Translations under genes and position numbers: made by a program
Part shown: one piece after another, positions 16,466-26,542 of the stretch
Layout: each line of letters starts with the position of its first letter
How positions within the stretch are numbered: position 1 is the stretch's first letter
Origin: a virus
Lineage: Duplodnaviria > Caudoviricetes
Length of the DNA: 45,230 bases
Virus record (IMG/VR): IMGVR_UViG_3300029818_000080
Coordinates: 1 to 45,230 of that record
Direction: 5' to 3' (one strand)
Notes under the pieces: generated by a model
Database searches by the model: none
What the model was told of the DNA's origin: nothing
The model's input: only the letters and a program-made list of their open reading frames with translations

Positions 16466-16926
16466 TCATCGGTATTGATCCCGACCTGAGCGCCAGCGGT
16501 GTTGCTGTAACTACTGACAGCCGGGTAATCGCAGAATTGAGCAAGGTTAAGCTATCTGGCCTCGTTGATTTTATGCACTTGCAGGCGGCGAAAGTTGAGG
16601 GCCGGATCCTGATAAAAATGGAAGACCCGAACTTGCTTAAGCCAACATTCCCCCGGGTGCTAAACAAGAAGCTTACCCAGGCGCAGCGCATTGCAACGAT
16701 GCGCAAAATTAGCCAGGACGTAGGCAAAGTTAAAGCTGTGGCCACACTGATAATGGAGCTGCTTAAAGACGCGGGCTTTAACGTGCAGCCGTGCCGGCCT
16801 CTGACTGGTGGCCACAAAGCCCGCTGCAAGAAAGATGCGGCTTACTTTAATACGCTGACTGGCTGGAATGCCCGCAGCAATGAAGATTGCCGCGATGCGG
16901 CATTAATTGCTTTGTACGGGGTGTAA
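16459..16926 (+). CDS. RuvC-like Holliday junction resolvase
   Basis: IIGIDPD..SGVA, KMED, NEDCRDAALIA acidic catalytic pattern. Confidence 0.8.
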   Translation: MLIIGIDPDLSASGVAVTTDSRVIAELSKVKLSGLVDFMHLQAAKVEGRILIKMEDPNLLKPTFPRVLNKKLTQAQRIATMRKISQDVGKVKAVATLIMELLKDAGFNVQPCRPLTGGHKARCKKDAAYFNTLTGWNARSNEDCRDAALIALYGV

Positions 16927-17172
16927 ATGATACCAGGCACCCCGGAGTGGATGCACGGCGGTAATATCCTGCGGAAGAACCGGGAGCGTAAAGGCTACAC
17001 GCAAGAGAGGGTGGCTGAAATGATGTGTATCTCATTACGCACATATCAGAGCTGGGAGTCCATGAAGACAGATCCGGATTTTGGCCATGTAATGGCAATT
17101 TGTGAATGTGTTTTTAAAATTGAATTGGTAGATGCAATTACCGTTGCGCGGGGTGCTGCAGTTGAAGATTAA
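16927..17172 (+). CDS. XRE-family HTH protein
   Basis: LRKNRERKGYTQERVAEMMCISLRTYQSWES. Confidence 0.88.
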   Translation: MIPGTPEWMHGGNILRKNRERKGYTQERVAEMMCISLRTYQSWESMKTDPDFGHVMAICECVFKIELVDAITVARGAAVED

Positions 17173-17533
17173 AGAGCTTGATAAACTACTGGTTACCTGG
17201 GGCCGATTTTGGGCTGAGCGTGAAGCGCTACAGGGCTATGCCAGGACCAGCGTAACAGAGCGTTGCTGCCAGGTTATGCGCACGGGTATTTGGGCCAGCT
17301 CTGACAAACACCTGTTTAGCCACCAGGCCGATCAGCTTTATGTACCGCAGTGGGTAGCCAGCATAGACACCTGCGTTGCACAACTGGATGACGTTAATGT
17401 AAACCGCCGGCATTTGAGCCGCGAGTTACAACGCGCTGCAATTACACGGCGGTATATAAAGCAGCAGCAGTTAGTAGGGCTGCAGCGCGTGGCGTTAATG
17501 CACGCACAAGCGCAGTTATTGGCGTTGGTTTAG
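17162..17533 (+). CDS. Probable late antiterminator (Q-like)
   Basis: LDKLLVTWGRFW N-terminus; last gene before a terminator and the lysis cassette. Confidence 0.6.
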   Translation: MKIKELDKLLVTWGRFWAEREALQGYARTSVTERCCQVMRTGIWASSDKHLFSHQADQLYVPQWVASIDTCVAQLDDVNVNRRHLSRELQRAAITRRYIKQQQLVGLQRVALMHAQAQLLALV

Positions 17534-17660
17534 CAAATAATTTAAAAATATTTTCAAACCCGCAGTTTTCTGCGTGTTTTTTGCCTCTGAAATCAGCTAC
17601 TTTTAGCTACAGTTGCACGAGCTGTAACTTCCATGTTTACTGATAAAGCGCATGCCACTT

Positions 17661-17688
17661 AACCCCAGCCACCCAGCTGGGGTTTTTT
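17661..17688 (+). terminator. tR'-like terminator before lysis genes
   Basis: AACCCCAGC-N6-GCTGGGGTT followed by T run. Confidence 0.8.
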
Positions 17689-17701
17689 ATTGGGTTAAAC
17701 G

Positions 17702-18238
17702 ATGAAAAACATAGCCGCCAAACTATCAGCGCTGGGCTTGTCTGCCGCAATGGTAGTGGCTGGTGTGTTTATTGCTCCGCACGAAAACAATACTACTGAT
17801 CCGGCTAAGCTGGCCGTTCATGCGGATCCTATTGGTATACCAACAGCGTGTTATGGCAGCGTAAAGCCCGGCATGGTTGTTGGCCAGCAGAATACAGAAG
17901 ACGAATGCGCTGAAATGTTTGCGGCTGATTTGCAAGAGCATGATCGGCAGTTACGGCAGGCCGTTAAAGTTGAACTGAGCGAGCCGGAATACGTTGCTTA
18001 CTTATCTTTCCATTACAACGTTGGCGCCGCTAATTTTCGCAGCAGCACGCTGCTTAAGCACCTGAATGCAGGGAAACGCATTGATGCTTGTATCGAATTA
18101 ACCCACGCCTGCAGTGAGAAGCGCGGCACCTGCAAAGGCTGGATTTATGCCGGTGATGAGCCTTGGCCTGGGTTGATAACACGCCGCGCCGACGAGCGCG
18201 ATCTTTGTTTGAAAGGAGCTTTAACATATGAAAATTAG
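17702..18238 (+). CDS. Endolysin, GH24 lysozyme, probable SAR type
   Basis: Ala/Gly-rich N-terminal helix, E...D-x5-T (HE...ADPIGIPTACYG), YNVG, SSTLLK, GLITRR. Confidence 0.92.
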   Translation: MKNIAAKLSALGLSAAMVVAGVFIAPHENNTTDPAKLAVHADPIGIPTACYGSVKPGMVVGQQNTEDECAEMFAADLQEHDRQLRQAVKVELSEPEYVAYLSFHYNVGAANFRSSTLLKHLNAGKRIDACIELTHACSEKRGTCKGWIYAGDEPWPGLITRRADERDLCLKGALTYEN

Positions 18239-18722
18239 TTTATTTGGTGGCATTGCGTTAGCTGCCGCGCTGGCAATTGCTGCTGCAGGTTTTACTTTAT
18301 TGGATGCCAAGCACGATGTTGCACTGGCTAAGGCTGAGGTGCAGACGCTTACCGGCACAGTTGCACTTAAACAAGAGCAGGTTGACGTACTGGCGCAAGC
18401 CATGACTACCACCAGCAAAATGGTGCAAGAAATTAAAAACGAACGGGCATTGGTGGTTAAGTTGCATCAAGAGCAGATGGCTGGTCAGCAGATTATTGCA
18501 GAGCAGTTGGCACTTAACCGGGCCCATGTTAATGAGCTGAGGCAATCAACTGATGAATACGTTAAAGCATGGTCTGCTAATCATATGCCTGGTGCTGCTG
18601 TGCAGCTGTACCACTACGCCCAATACACCGGTAATTACCCGGACGGTAGTGCAGAAGGTGCCGGTTTATCTAACACCACCGGAAAGCCTGCTAACCGATT
18701 GTTTGCCTCAAACCAGTTTTAA
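18228..18722 (+). CDS. i-spanin (Rz-like)
   Basis: N-terminal TM plus coiled coil, directly after endolysin. Confidence 0.82.
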   Translation: MKISLFGGIALAAALAIAAAGFTLLDAKHDVALAKAEVQTLTGTVALKQEQVDVLAQAMTTTSKMVQEIKNERALVVKLHQEQMAGQQIIAEQLALNRAHVNELRQSTDEYVKAWSANHMPGAAVQLYHYAQYTGNYPDGSAEGAGLSNTTGKPANRLFASNQF

Positions 18723-18840
18723 CGTAGCAACCAACGCTGACGGCATCGACTACACCGTTTGGGTGCAGTCGTTGCTGCTCCGGTGCCACAACAATATACA
18801 GCTGATTAAGAAGTGGGCTGCCGAGAGCGGGAGTCAGTGA
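18553..18840 (+). CDS. o-spanin lipoprotein (Rz1-like), overlapping Rz
   Basis: Signal peptide with lipobox LCSC; PPESLLTDC...C pattern. Confidence 0.85.
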   Translation: MNTLKHGLLIICLVLLCSCTTTPNTPVITRTVVQKVPVYLTPPESLLTDCLPQTSFNVATNADGIDYTVWVQSLLLRCHNNIQLIKKWAAESGSQ

Positions 18841-18841
18841 T

Positions 18842-19174
18842 ATGTCCAGCATAGTGATGACACGGCCAATGGAAAAGACAACTAACATAGCAACATACAT
18901 TAGCGCTGTGGGCACTGCCTTGGGAGGTCTACTCACTTTGCCTAACATAGCTTTACTGCTGGGTGTGGTCGTCACTATTGCCCTGGGTTTAATACAGTGG
19001 CAAGTGTGGTATAGCCGCAAGCGGCACGAAGCAGAGCTGCATGCATGGGCTAAGGTGCAGCATGACTTGCGGGTCAGGCAGATGGAAGCTGCCTTGCTGC
19101 TTGGTCAAAACTTTGACGCACCGCCGCGACTGGTCAACCAGTTGGGGGCAGGGGACCCTGCGGATCCGACCTGA
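18842..19174 (+). CDS. Probable holin
   Basis: 1-2 TM segments then basic WYSRKRHE; in lysis cluster. Confidence 0.65.
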   Translation: MSSIVMTRPMEKTTNIATYISAVGTALGGLLTLPNIALLLGVVVTIALGLIQWQVWYSRKRHEAELHAWAKVQHDLRVRQMEAALLLGQNFDAPPRLVNQLGAGDPADPT

Positions 19175-19198
19175 GCCAAGGGGGCGCGGAAAGCGCGG
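19151..19198 (+). other. cos site (cosQ/cosN-like); predicted 12-nt overhang GGGCGCGGAAAG at 19182-19193
   Basis: GGGGACCCTGC.GATCCGAC...G^GGGCGCGGAAAG^CGCGG parallels lambda GGGTCCTTTCC..GATCCGAC...G^GGGCGGCGACCT^CGCGG; ~140 bp before terS. Confidence 0.7.
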
Positions 19199-19331
19199 CG
19201 AAACACTTTTTTTCCGCATTTTAATGTGATCCACCACATGTGGTGCGATCTCCAGTATTCACGAGGGCTAGGCAGTTGTGCGAGTTGTACATTCCTGGCA
19301 ATAAATCAGATAACAAGATGATCGCTATGGC

Positions 19332-19856
19332 ATGGGTACATTGCACAACATTGATGATGCCTACGCCTGGTCAATCAGCCGAATTGCTGAGGCGTTTGGT
19401 TTAGACCGTCGCACGGTATCAGCAAGAATTAAAGAGGCTCATATCGAGCCGGCAGGAATACGAAAGGGCCACCCAACTTACTTGCTGAAAGATATTGGCC
19501 CGGCGTTGTTCGGTGATTCAGTAAATGATTTACCCCCTGCACTAATTAACCCAGCTCAGATGATGCCGAAAGACCGCAAAGACTGGTATCAGTCAGAGCG
19601 CGAGCGGCTAAAGCTTGAAGCTGAATTAAAAGAGTTGGTGCCAGCTGATGAAGTGGCCCGCGGATACGCCGACCTGGTTAAAGCCGTAGTTAACCCGCTG
19701 GATAGCCTCATAGACGAACTGGAATCAAAAGTAGGTTTGTCGGGTGATGCACTGGACAGAGTGCAGATAATTATCGATGGCCTGCGCGAAGAAATGTATT
19801 TAAACGCCATCCGTGGCGGTGCTGAATTAGACACGGACGAAAGCGACGATGATTAG
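19332..19856 (+). CDS. Terminase small subunit (Nu1/DUF1441-like)
   Basis: WSISRIAEAFGLDRRTV HTH, PKDRKDWYQSERERLK; precedes large subunit. Confidence 0.9.
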   Translation: MGTLHNIDDAYAWSISRIAEAFGLDRRTVSARIKEAHIEPAGIRKGHPTYLLKDIGPALFGDSVNDLPPALINPAQMMPKDRKDWYQSERERLKLEAELKELVPADEVARGYADLVKAVVNPLDSLIDELESKVGLSGDALDRVQIIIDGLREEMYLNAIRGGAELDTDESDDD

Positions 19857-21951
19857 CGCCGGTGATGCACAGCGCATTAAGCGCGATATTGCCAGCTTGC
19901 TAAAACCGCCTATCCGTATGTCGGTGTCTGACGCAGTTCAGGAATATGTGCGCGTTAAGTTGCCAAGCGGTAACTGGGGTAAGTGGGATTTAGAAACCAC
20001 GCCGTACATGCGCGAACCGCTGGACATGCTAAGCAGCCGCAAGTATCGCGGTTTGATCTTTGTTGGCCCAGCCCGAACCGGCAAAAGCCAGGCACTGGTT
20101 GATGCGTTCTGTGGTTACGATGTTAAGTGCGACCCCAGCGACATGCTGATCGTGCAAATAACCAAGGAAAAAGCCGCCGAGTTCAGCAAAAAGCGCATCG
20201 GCCCAATGCTGGAAAACTCGCCAGAGCTGCAGCCGCTGTTAAGCCCACGCGGGCACGATAACAACCTGCACGATAAAGTACTGCGCGCTGGCAATTACCT
20301 TAAAATTGCCTGGCCGGCTAAATCGATATTCGCCAGCTCAGAATGGCGCAGGGTAATAATTACAGATTACGACCGCACAGCAACCCTGCTTGATGTTGAG
20401 GGCGAGGGCAGCGGGTTCGACTTAGCGCTTAAGCGCACCCAGTCATTCCGCAGCCGCGGTATGGCGGTGGCTGAAAGTAGCCCCGGCTATGAAATTAAAG
20501 ATCCAGACTGGAAACCAAACCCAGCCCGGCCACACGAATTTCCGCCAACGGTTGGCATAGGCGCACTTTATAACCTGGGCGATCGCCGAGTGCTGTATTG
20601 GCCGTGCCCCAGCTGTGGCGAATTCTTCCCGGCAAACTGGGATTACCTGCGCTGGGACACCAACGAAACAGATATACGCAAAGCCAGCCGCACGGTTAGC
20701 TGTTATTGCCCACACTGTGGCGACAGCGAAATAACCCCGCAGGCCAAACACCCAATGATGATGAAATCGCGCTGGGTTCCTGAAAACTGCAGCATATCGG
20801 CAGATGGCGAATTAACCGGCACGCCGATAGACACTGATTTTATCAGCTACTGGATGCAAGGCCCGGCAGCCAGCTTTCAAAGCTGGGAACAGTTGGTATA
20901 CAACTATCTGTCTGCAGTAAAAGATTTTGAATCAACCGGCAGCCAGGAAAAATTAAAAACCACAATTAACACCGATCAGGGCCAAGCGTACTGCTACCAA
21001 ACATCGGACAAAAAGCGCAGCGCCGAACGGCTGGCAGAGCGGGCGGAAGATACCACCAAGCGCCACGTGCCAGAAGGTGTTGTATTTTTAACGGCGTGTG
21101 TCGATGTGCAGGCTGGTAAAGATCGGCGCTTTGTAGTGCAGGTACACGGCAATAACCAGCAAGAACGCTGGCTAATAGACCGCTACAATATCAGGCTATC
21201 AGCCCGGGTAAAAGATGCTAACGCAACCGATCCGGAACAGCGCTACTACCAGATAGACCCTGCCGGTTATCCGGAAGACTGGGACCAGCTAACCAAACTG
21301 ATACTTGATCGTGGCTACCCGCTGGACGACAGTAGCGGCCGCGAAATGCACGTGCACATTATGGTGTGCGACCACGGCGGCGAAGATGGCGTATCAGACA
21401 ACGCCTACAGCTACTACCGCAGGCTGCGCACAGAAAACCGCCACAGCAAACTAATGCTGGTTAAAGGTGGCAGCAAAGCCCAGGCTGAAATGGTAAAAAT
21501 TAGCTACCCCGACAACACAAAACGGGCCGATCGCAAAGCCAATGCAAAAGGCGATGTGCCGCTGCACATACTGGCCACCAGTAAATTAAAAGACAACGTA
21601 AGCAATAAGCTGGAGCGAGACACCGCCGGCGCCGGTTTTGTGCATTTCCCTGCATGGCTGGGCAGTTGGTTTTACGAAGAGTTAACGGCAGAAAGCCGGG
21701 ACGACCAAGGCCACTGGGAGCGCGCCAACAAAAAACGCCCTAACGAAGGCTGGGATCTTCTGTGTTACAACGAGGCCGCCCAGTACCAATTACAAACGCA
21801 CAAGCCTAAATTCTGGTTATCCCCGCCGCGCTGGGCGCAGCCGTGGGATACAAACATAAACGTTTATCACCCCAGCGAAAGCAGCAGGGCGCCGGCCGCT
21901 AAAGCAGCGCAAGCCGCACCACGCCAGCGGCGGGTAAGGTACAGGTCATAA
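19849..21951 (+). CDS. Terminase large subunit (GpA family)
   Basis: TPYMREP, Walker A GPARTGKS, ESSPG, CPSC/CPHC zinc motif, VDVQ, NEGWDLLCY. Confidence 0.95.
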   Translation: MISAGDAQRIKRDIASLLKPPIRMSVSDAVQEYVRVKLPSGNWGKWDLETTPYMREPLDMLSSRKYRGLIFVGPARTGKSQALVDAFCGYDVKCDPSDMLIVQITKEKAAEFSKKRIGPMLENSPELQPLLSPRGHDNNLHDKVLRAGNYLKIAWPAKSIFASSEWRRVIITDYDRTATLLDVEGEGSGFDLALKRTQSFRSRGMAVAESSPGYEIKDPDWKPNPARPHEFPPTVGIGALYNLGDRRVLYWPCPSCGEFFPANWDYLRWDTNETDIRKASRTVSCYCPHCGDSEITPQAKHPMMMKSRWVPENCSISADGELTGTPIDTDFISYWMQGPAASFQSWEQLVYNYLSAVKDFESTGSQEKLKTTINTDQGQAYCYQTSDKKRSAERLAERAEDTTKRHVPEGVVFLTACVDVQAGKDRRFVVQVHGNNQQERWLIDRYNIRLSARVKDANATDPEQRYYQIDPAGYPEDWDQLTKLILDRGYPLDDSSGREMHVHIMVCDHGGEDGVSDNAYSYYRRLRTENRHSKLMLVKGGSKAQAEMVKISYPDNTKRADRKANAKGDVPLHILATSKLKDNVSNKLERDTAGAGFVHFPAWLGSWFYEELTAESRDDQGHWERANKKRPNEGWDLLCYNEAAQYQLQTHKPKFWLSPPRWAQPWDTNINVYHPSESSRAPAAKAAQAAPRQRRVRYRS

Positions 21952-22154
21952 TGTATAGCGAAGCACAGCTGGAAGAAATTAAAAAAGCCATGGCCAGCGG
22001 CCTTACTAAAGTTCGCCTTTCCAGTGGTGACGAACTGACATACCGGTCATTGGCCGAAATGAAAGAAGTTGTGCGCACCATAGAAAATAACCTCGGTAAC
22101 AAAAAGCCCCGGCGTCGCATGGGCTATGCAATGCGCGTTAACAAAGGCCTTTAA
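21951..22154 (+). CDS. gpW-like head-tail joining protein
   Basis: 67 aa, TYRSLAEM motif, between terminase and portal. Confidence 0.85.
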   Translation: MYSEAQLEEIKKAMASGLTKVRLSSGDELTYRSLAEMKEVVRTIENNLGNKKPRRRMGYAMRVNKGL

Positions 22155-22157
22155 AGC

Positions 22158-23621
22158 ATGCCCGGAAGAAAATCAGTAATAGTTGGGCTTAACGGCCAGC
22201 CATTAATGTTAGGCAACAGCGCTTACGACGGCGCAAGCTACGGCCGCCGTATGGGCGGTGTATATGCACCTGGTAGTGGCATAAACACCTTGCTTAACGC
22301 TGCCCTTACCACATTGCGCAACCGCAGCCGTGCCGGGCACCGTAACATGCCATTGCTACGCAGCGGTATTGAGAAAAAAGTAACCAATGAAATAGGCATA
22401 GGCATAACGCCACGGGCCAAATGCGCTGATTTAAAGTTACGTAAAGAAATAAACAAACTGTGGGACGACAGCTGCTTTCAGTTCGATCCAGAGGGAAATT
22501 TAGACGTTTACGGCATGCAAGCCCAAATTTCACGCGCCCGCCGTATCAGTGGCGAGTGCTTTATCCGTGCGCGTTACCGCAGTTCGTCAGCCGATTTGCT
22601 GGTGCCCATTCAGTTTCAAGTTTTAGAGGCCGACTTTGTACCGCTGGATTACAACGATACCCTAAGCAACGGCAACCGCATTATTGCCGGTATCGAATTT
22701 AACCGCCGCAATCAGCGCGTGGCGTATTGGATGTACCGCGAACACCCGGGCGAAATGTACAACTACAATGCGTCACTGGCGAACCTGATCCGCGTACCAG
22801 CCAGCGAAGTGGCACACCATTTTAACCCAATGCACCCGGGGCAAATTCGCGGCGAGCCAGACTCCGCCGCCAGCTTGGTAAAAGCGCAAACATTCGACAG
22901 CTACGACGACGCCGAGTTAGTGCGCAAACAAACCCGCGCACCTTACACAGGTGCTATTTACCGTGAAGATTTTGACGCTACCGACTCTGAGCACTGGATG
23001 TTCGATCCAATTAGTGGTGCGCCAATGGAAGGTAAGGAAGCTTTCGGCAATGCACAGGTAGATGCTGGCACCATGTTGGAACTGCTGGCCGGTGAAAAAA
23101 TTGAGCTATTTAAAGGCGACGATACTGGCAACGGATACGCCGACTTTATGCGCTGGCAGTCATTAATGCAGGCTGCGGGCATGGATATGCCTTATGAGCT
23201 ACTAACCGGCGACTGGAAAGAAGTAAACGACAGGCTGGTACGGGCGATAATGAACGAGTTTCGCCGGCGTATACAAATGGACCAATGGCACCTGATGATC
23301 CCGCAAGTGCTGCGTTGGATGCGTTGGCACTGGTTAAACCGCGCAGTATTAGCTGGCCGCATAAACCTGCCGGGCTATGCCACTAAAATGAACGACTACC
23401 ACCAGCACACCTGGTGCCCGCACGGCTGGCCATACATTAACCCGGTGCAAGATGTTAAAGCCAAAATCGATGCTATCGATTCCGATCTGGTCGCGCACGA
23501 GGATGTAGTGGCCGAAAGCGGCGACGACTTAACAGACATACAAGAGCGTAACAAGGTGGCCCGCAAAAATCGCGGTGAAAGACCAGTGCGGAAAACCCAA
23601 AAGGATGAAGACGATGAGTAA
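22158..23621 (+). CDS. Portal protein, lambda family
   Basis: AYDGAS, LRNRSR, GIEFN..RVAYW, PGQIRGEP, PYELLTGD, INPVQDV. Confidence 0.95.
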   Translation: MPGRKSVIVGLNGQPLMLGNSAYDGASYGRRMGGVYAPGSGINTLLNAALTTLRNRSRAGHRNMPLLRSGIEKKVTNEIGIGITPRAKCADLKLRKEINKLWDDSCFQFDPEGNLDVYGMQAQISRARRISGECFIRARYRSSSADLLVPIQFQVLEADFVPLDYNDTLSNGNRIIAGIEFNRRNQRVAYWMYREHPGEMYNYNASLANLIRVPASEVAHHFNPMHPGQIRGEPDSAASLVKAQTFDSYDDAELVRKQTRAPYTGAIYREDFDATDSEHWMFDPISGAPMEGKEAFGNAQVDAGTMLELLAGEKIELFKGDDTGNGYADFMRWQSLMQAAGMDMPYELLTGDWKEVNDRLVRAIMNEFRRRIQMDQWHLMIPQVLRWMRWHWLNRAVLAGRINLPGYATKMNDYHQHTWCPHGWPYINPVQDVKAKIDAIDSDLVAHEDVVAESGDDLTDIQERNKVARKNRGERPVRKTQKDEDDE

Positions 23622-25014
23622 TTACCAGATGATCGCCGCCGCCGCGCTTAATAAGCCACTGGCAATGGATCTGGGTTATGCCCGGGTGTTTTTTAGTGCG
23701 CTTGGCCTGCGCCTTGGTGCGCAATCACTGGTAGACGCCGAGGGCAAAGAAATTAGCCGCGACGGCATGAAACAGGTTGCTGAAAGCTATATTCACCCAG
23801 TTACCGGCGAATACCGCCATTACGATATTATTGATGGCATAGCAGTTTTGCCAATACATGGCGCCTTAGCTCACAAAACTGGTAATGTCAGGCCAAAATC
23901 TGGCTTGCAGGGTTACGACGGCATACAAGCCATGCTTGAACAAGCGTTAACTGATCCAGAAGTGAAAGGTATCTACCAAGATAACCATACCCCAGGCGGC
24001 ACCGTATTCGGCGCCTTTGATACCGCCGATTTATTTCGCCGCGCAGATGCCATAAAACCAGTATGGGCTATCGCAAATGATATGAACTGCAGCGCCGGCC
24101 AGTTGCTGGCCGCTGGTGCTCGCCGTCGATTAGTTACACAAACCGGCACGGTTGGTAGCATAGGCGTAGTAGTAGCTCACGCCGATTATGAAAAGTATTT
24201 AGAGCAACAGGGCGTAAAAATAACCCTGCTGCACTCCGGCTCCCACAAAGTTGAGGGCAACCCATATCAGGCCTTGCCCAAAGACGTAGCCGCCCGCTGG
24301 CAGGCTGAAATTGATGCCACCCGCCAGCTTTTCGCCAGCAAAGTAGCTGACTTTACTGGAATGTCTCTGCAAGCCGTTTTAGACACAGATGCCGCCACTT
24401 ATGACGGCGCCGCAGCTGTGCAAGTTGGCCTTGCCGATGAATTAGTAAACAGTGCCGATGGCATTGGCATGATGGCCGACTACTGCCGCAATCTCACTCG
24501 AACCATGACAATAGGAAACAAAACCATGTCAGTAGCTAACACCGCAGCAGCAGCTGCAACCACCACCGCTGCGCCGGCAGCGGCTACACAATCAGCAACA
24601 ACAGAAACAGTATGTACAACCACTTCAGGTGCAGTTATTACTGAGCAGGTAACCGCTCAGGCACCCGAAGCCGCTGCCAGTGCCGACGTAGTAATTACGC
24701 TGTGCACCGATGCCGGTATGTCAGATCAAATTGCCAACATGGTAAAAGCCAAACTAACAGAAGCCGGTGTACAGGCACGCTTAGCCACTCTGGGCAGTGT
24801 GCGCGACACTCTGGCCGCTGCAAGCCTTGGCCACATGTTTGCTGAAGTATCTGCCAAACTGGATAACCCGGCTGCCATGTTGCAAGTAGCCCTAACGGCC
24901 GCCACCGCCCATGGTGAAGACCGTGAAGTAAACAGCAGCAAGCAGGTTAAAACCGAAGCGGCAGTAAAACAGCCAGACGCTACAATCGCCTATGCCGACC
25001 CAAGCCGCTTATAA
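23614..25014 (+). CDS. S49-family head maturation protease (gpC-like)
   Basis: IAVLPIHGAL, TPGG, CSAGQLLA, VGSIGVV, HKVEGNPY, GLADE. Confidence 0.92.
   Translation: MSNYQMIAAAALNKPLAMDLGYARVFFSALGLRLGAQSLVDAEGKEISRDGMKQVAESYIHPVTGEYRHYDIIDGIAVLPIHGALAHKTGNVRPKSGLQGYDGIQAMLEQALTDPEVKGIYQDNHTPGGTVFGAFDTADLFRRADAIKPVWAIANDMNCSAGQLLAAGARRRLVTQTGTVGSIGVVVAHADYEKYLEQQGVKITLLHSGSHKVEGNPYQALPKDVAARWQAEIDATRQLFASKVADFTGMSLQAVLDTDAATYDGAAAVQVGLADELVNSADGIGMMADYCRNLTRTMTIGNKTMSVANTAAAAATTTAAPAAATQSATTETVCTTTSGAVITEQVTAQAPEAAASADVVITLCTDAGMSDQIANMVKAKLTEAGVQARLATLGSVRDTLAAASLGHMFAEVSAKLDNPAAMLQVALTAATAHGEDREVNSSKQVKTEAAVKQPDATIAYADPSRL
24526..25014 (+). CDS. Nested in-frame scaffold protein (Nu3-like)
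   Basis: Internal AGGA SD (24513-24516) and in-frame ATG before the Ala/Thr-rich C-terminal third, as in lambda C/Nu3. Confidence 0.65.
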   Translation: MSVANTAAAAATTTAAPAAATQSATTETVCTTTSGAVITEQVTAQAPEAAASADVVITLCTDAGMSDQIANMVKAKLTEAGVQARLATLGSVRDTLAAASLGHMFAEVSAKLDNPAAMLQVALTAATAHGEDREVNSSKQVKTEAAVKQPDATIAYADPSRL

Positions 25015-25083
25015 CAGCGGCTTTTTAATAACTGCCCCTAACGGGCTTAGTAACTACGCCCGCAGGGCAATGAGGAAAAAACC

Positions 25084-25443
25084 ATGCCAAACGTACACGT
25101 GCAGCTGCCCCGCGCCGGGCAGTATATTAAATCTGAAGTTGGCTCAATCAGCCGCGATACTATTCAGTTTACAGAAGCTGTTTTTAAACCAGGCGAAGTA
25201 TTTGGCGTTGTCGCTGGTAAAGCTGTAAAGCTGGACTTTGCCGCTGAAACTGGCGCAGAGCTGGCTAAAGGCATTACCTACGCCTATGTAGACGCCACCG
25301 AAGCCGATGTAAAAGGCGTGTATACCTCACGCTTAACTGAGGTAAATATGCAAGAGCTTATCTGGCCAGCAGCCGCAACAACCGGGCAAGTGGTTGGCGC
25401 AGTGTCTGAACTGGCTAAAACCCACATTGTGGTGCGCGGCTAA
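25084..25443 (+). CDS. Head decoration protein (gpD-like)
   Basis: SISRDTI, PGEVFG, EVN..ELIWP; between protease and capsid. Confidence 0.85.
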   Translation: MPNVHVQLPRAGQYIKSEVGSISRDTIQFTEAVFKPGEVFGVVAGKAVKLDFAAETGAELAKGITYAYVDATEADVKGVYTSRLTEVNMQELIWPAAATTGQVVGAVSELAKTHIVVRG

Positions 25444-25465
25444 CGCCGCCCCCTATAAAGACAAC

Positions 25466-25490
25466 AACCCGCTTTTAGCGGGTTTTTTTA
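25466..25490 (+). terminator. Intrinsic terminator between decoration and capsid genes
   Basis: AACCCGCT-TTT-AGCGGGTT followed by T run. Confidence 0.75.
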
Positions 25491-25521
25491 TTTCAAAAAT
25501 CCGCTAAATAAGGAATACACC

Positions 25522-26541
25522 ATGAACTTAGCACAGTTCGCCGCAGATCCGCACTTTCAGGTAACCAGCCTGACAGCGGCAATAAACGAAGCACGCACCG
25601 CACCGTCATTACTAGCCAGTTTAGGCCTGTTTGAAGAGCGTGGAATTACAACAACTACCTTTGAGCTAGAATTCGACGGCCAGGTGTTAACACTGGTAAT
25701 GCCTGGTGAGCGTGGCGAGTCAAAGCAAGGCCAGAAAAAAGCCAACCGTCGCAAGATCCCATTTCAAACGGTGCACCTCCCTGTACCAATGCATATCAAA
25801 GCCGACGAAATTCAAAACGTTCGCGCATTTGGTTCGCAAACTGAACAGCAGGCATTGCAAGCTGTAGTTAACGAGCACCTTACGCTGGCCCGTCAGCGCC
25901 TTGTTGCCACCCGTGAATTAATGCGCGCTGGTGCTATTACAGGCAAAGTGCTGGATGCAGAAGGTAATGTATTACTGGATATCTATGAGCGTTTTGGTAT
26001 TACCCAAGCGCCGGTAGAGTTCGATCCTGCTGCTAAGAAAACCAAGGCAATGTTAACTGCAGCGAAAACGGCCTCTAAAAAGAATCTTGGCCAAGCAGTG
26101 GTAAATCGTTGGCTGTTAATGTGCGGTCCGGATTATTTTAATGCATACAGTGAAGCTGATGATGTTGTACGTGGCTTGCAAAACAAAAACGGCAATAGTA
26201 ACGACCTGATCGACGATATGACCGACGGTCTTAACTTCCACAACGTTACTGCTTTTGCCTATGACGCTAGCGTAATTGGTGAAGACGGCGAAACAGAAAT
26301 CGCATACGTGCCATCAGATGAAGCGTTTTTAATCCCAGTAACGCCAGGCTTGTTTATTGGTCGTAATGCCCCGGCAGATTACGTAGAAACAGTAGGCACT
26401 TTAGGCCTGCCGTTTTACGCTAAAACAGTTCTGGAGCCAATGGGTAAGGGTATTACTGGCGAAGCGCAATCTAACCCGCTTTACCTGCCAACCCGCCCGC
26501 TGGCTATCCGTCGCTTTAAACTGAAAGCGCCAGGCGGCTAA
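25522..26541 (+). CDS. Major capsid protein (lambda E family)
   Basis: SLTAAIN, LGLFEERGITT, ADEIQNVRAFG, EAQSNPLYLPTRP. Confidence 0.93.
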   Translation: MNLAQFAADPHFQVTSLTAAINEARTAPSLLASLGLFEERGITTTTFELEFDGQVLTLVMPGERGESKQGQKKANRRKIPFQTVHLPVPMHIKADEIQNVRAFGSQTEQQALQAVVNEHLTLARQRLVATRELMRAGAITGKVLDAEGNVLLDIYERFGITQAPVEFDPAAKKTKAMLTAAKTASKKNLGQAVVNRWLLMCGPDYFNAYSEADDVVRGLQNKNGNSNDLIDDMTDGLNFHNVTAFAYDASVIGEDGETEIAYVPSDEAFLIPVTPGLFIGRNAPADYVETVGTLGLPFYAKTVLEPMGKGITGEAQSNPLYLPTRPLAIRRFKLKAPGG

Positions 26542-26542
26542 G

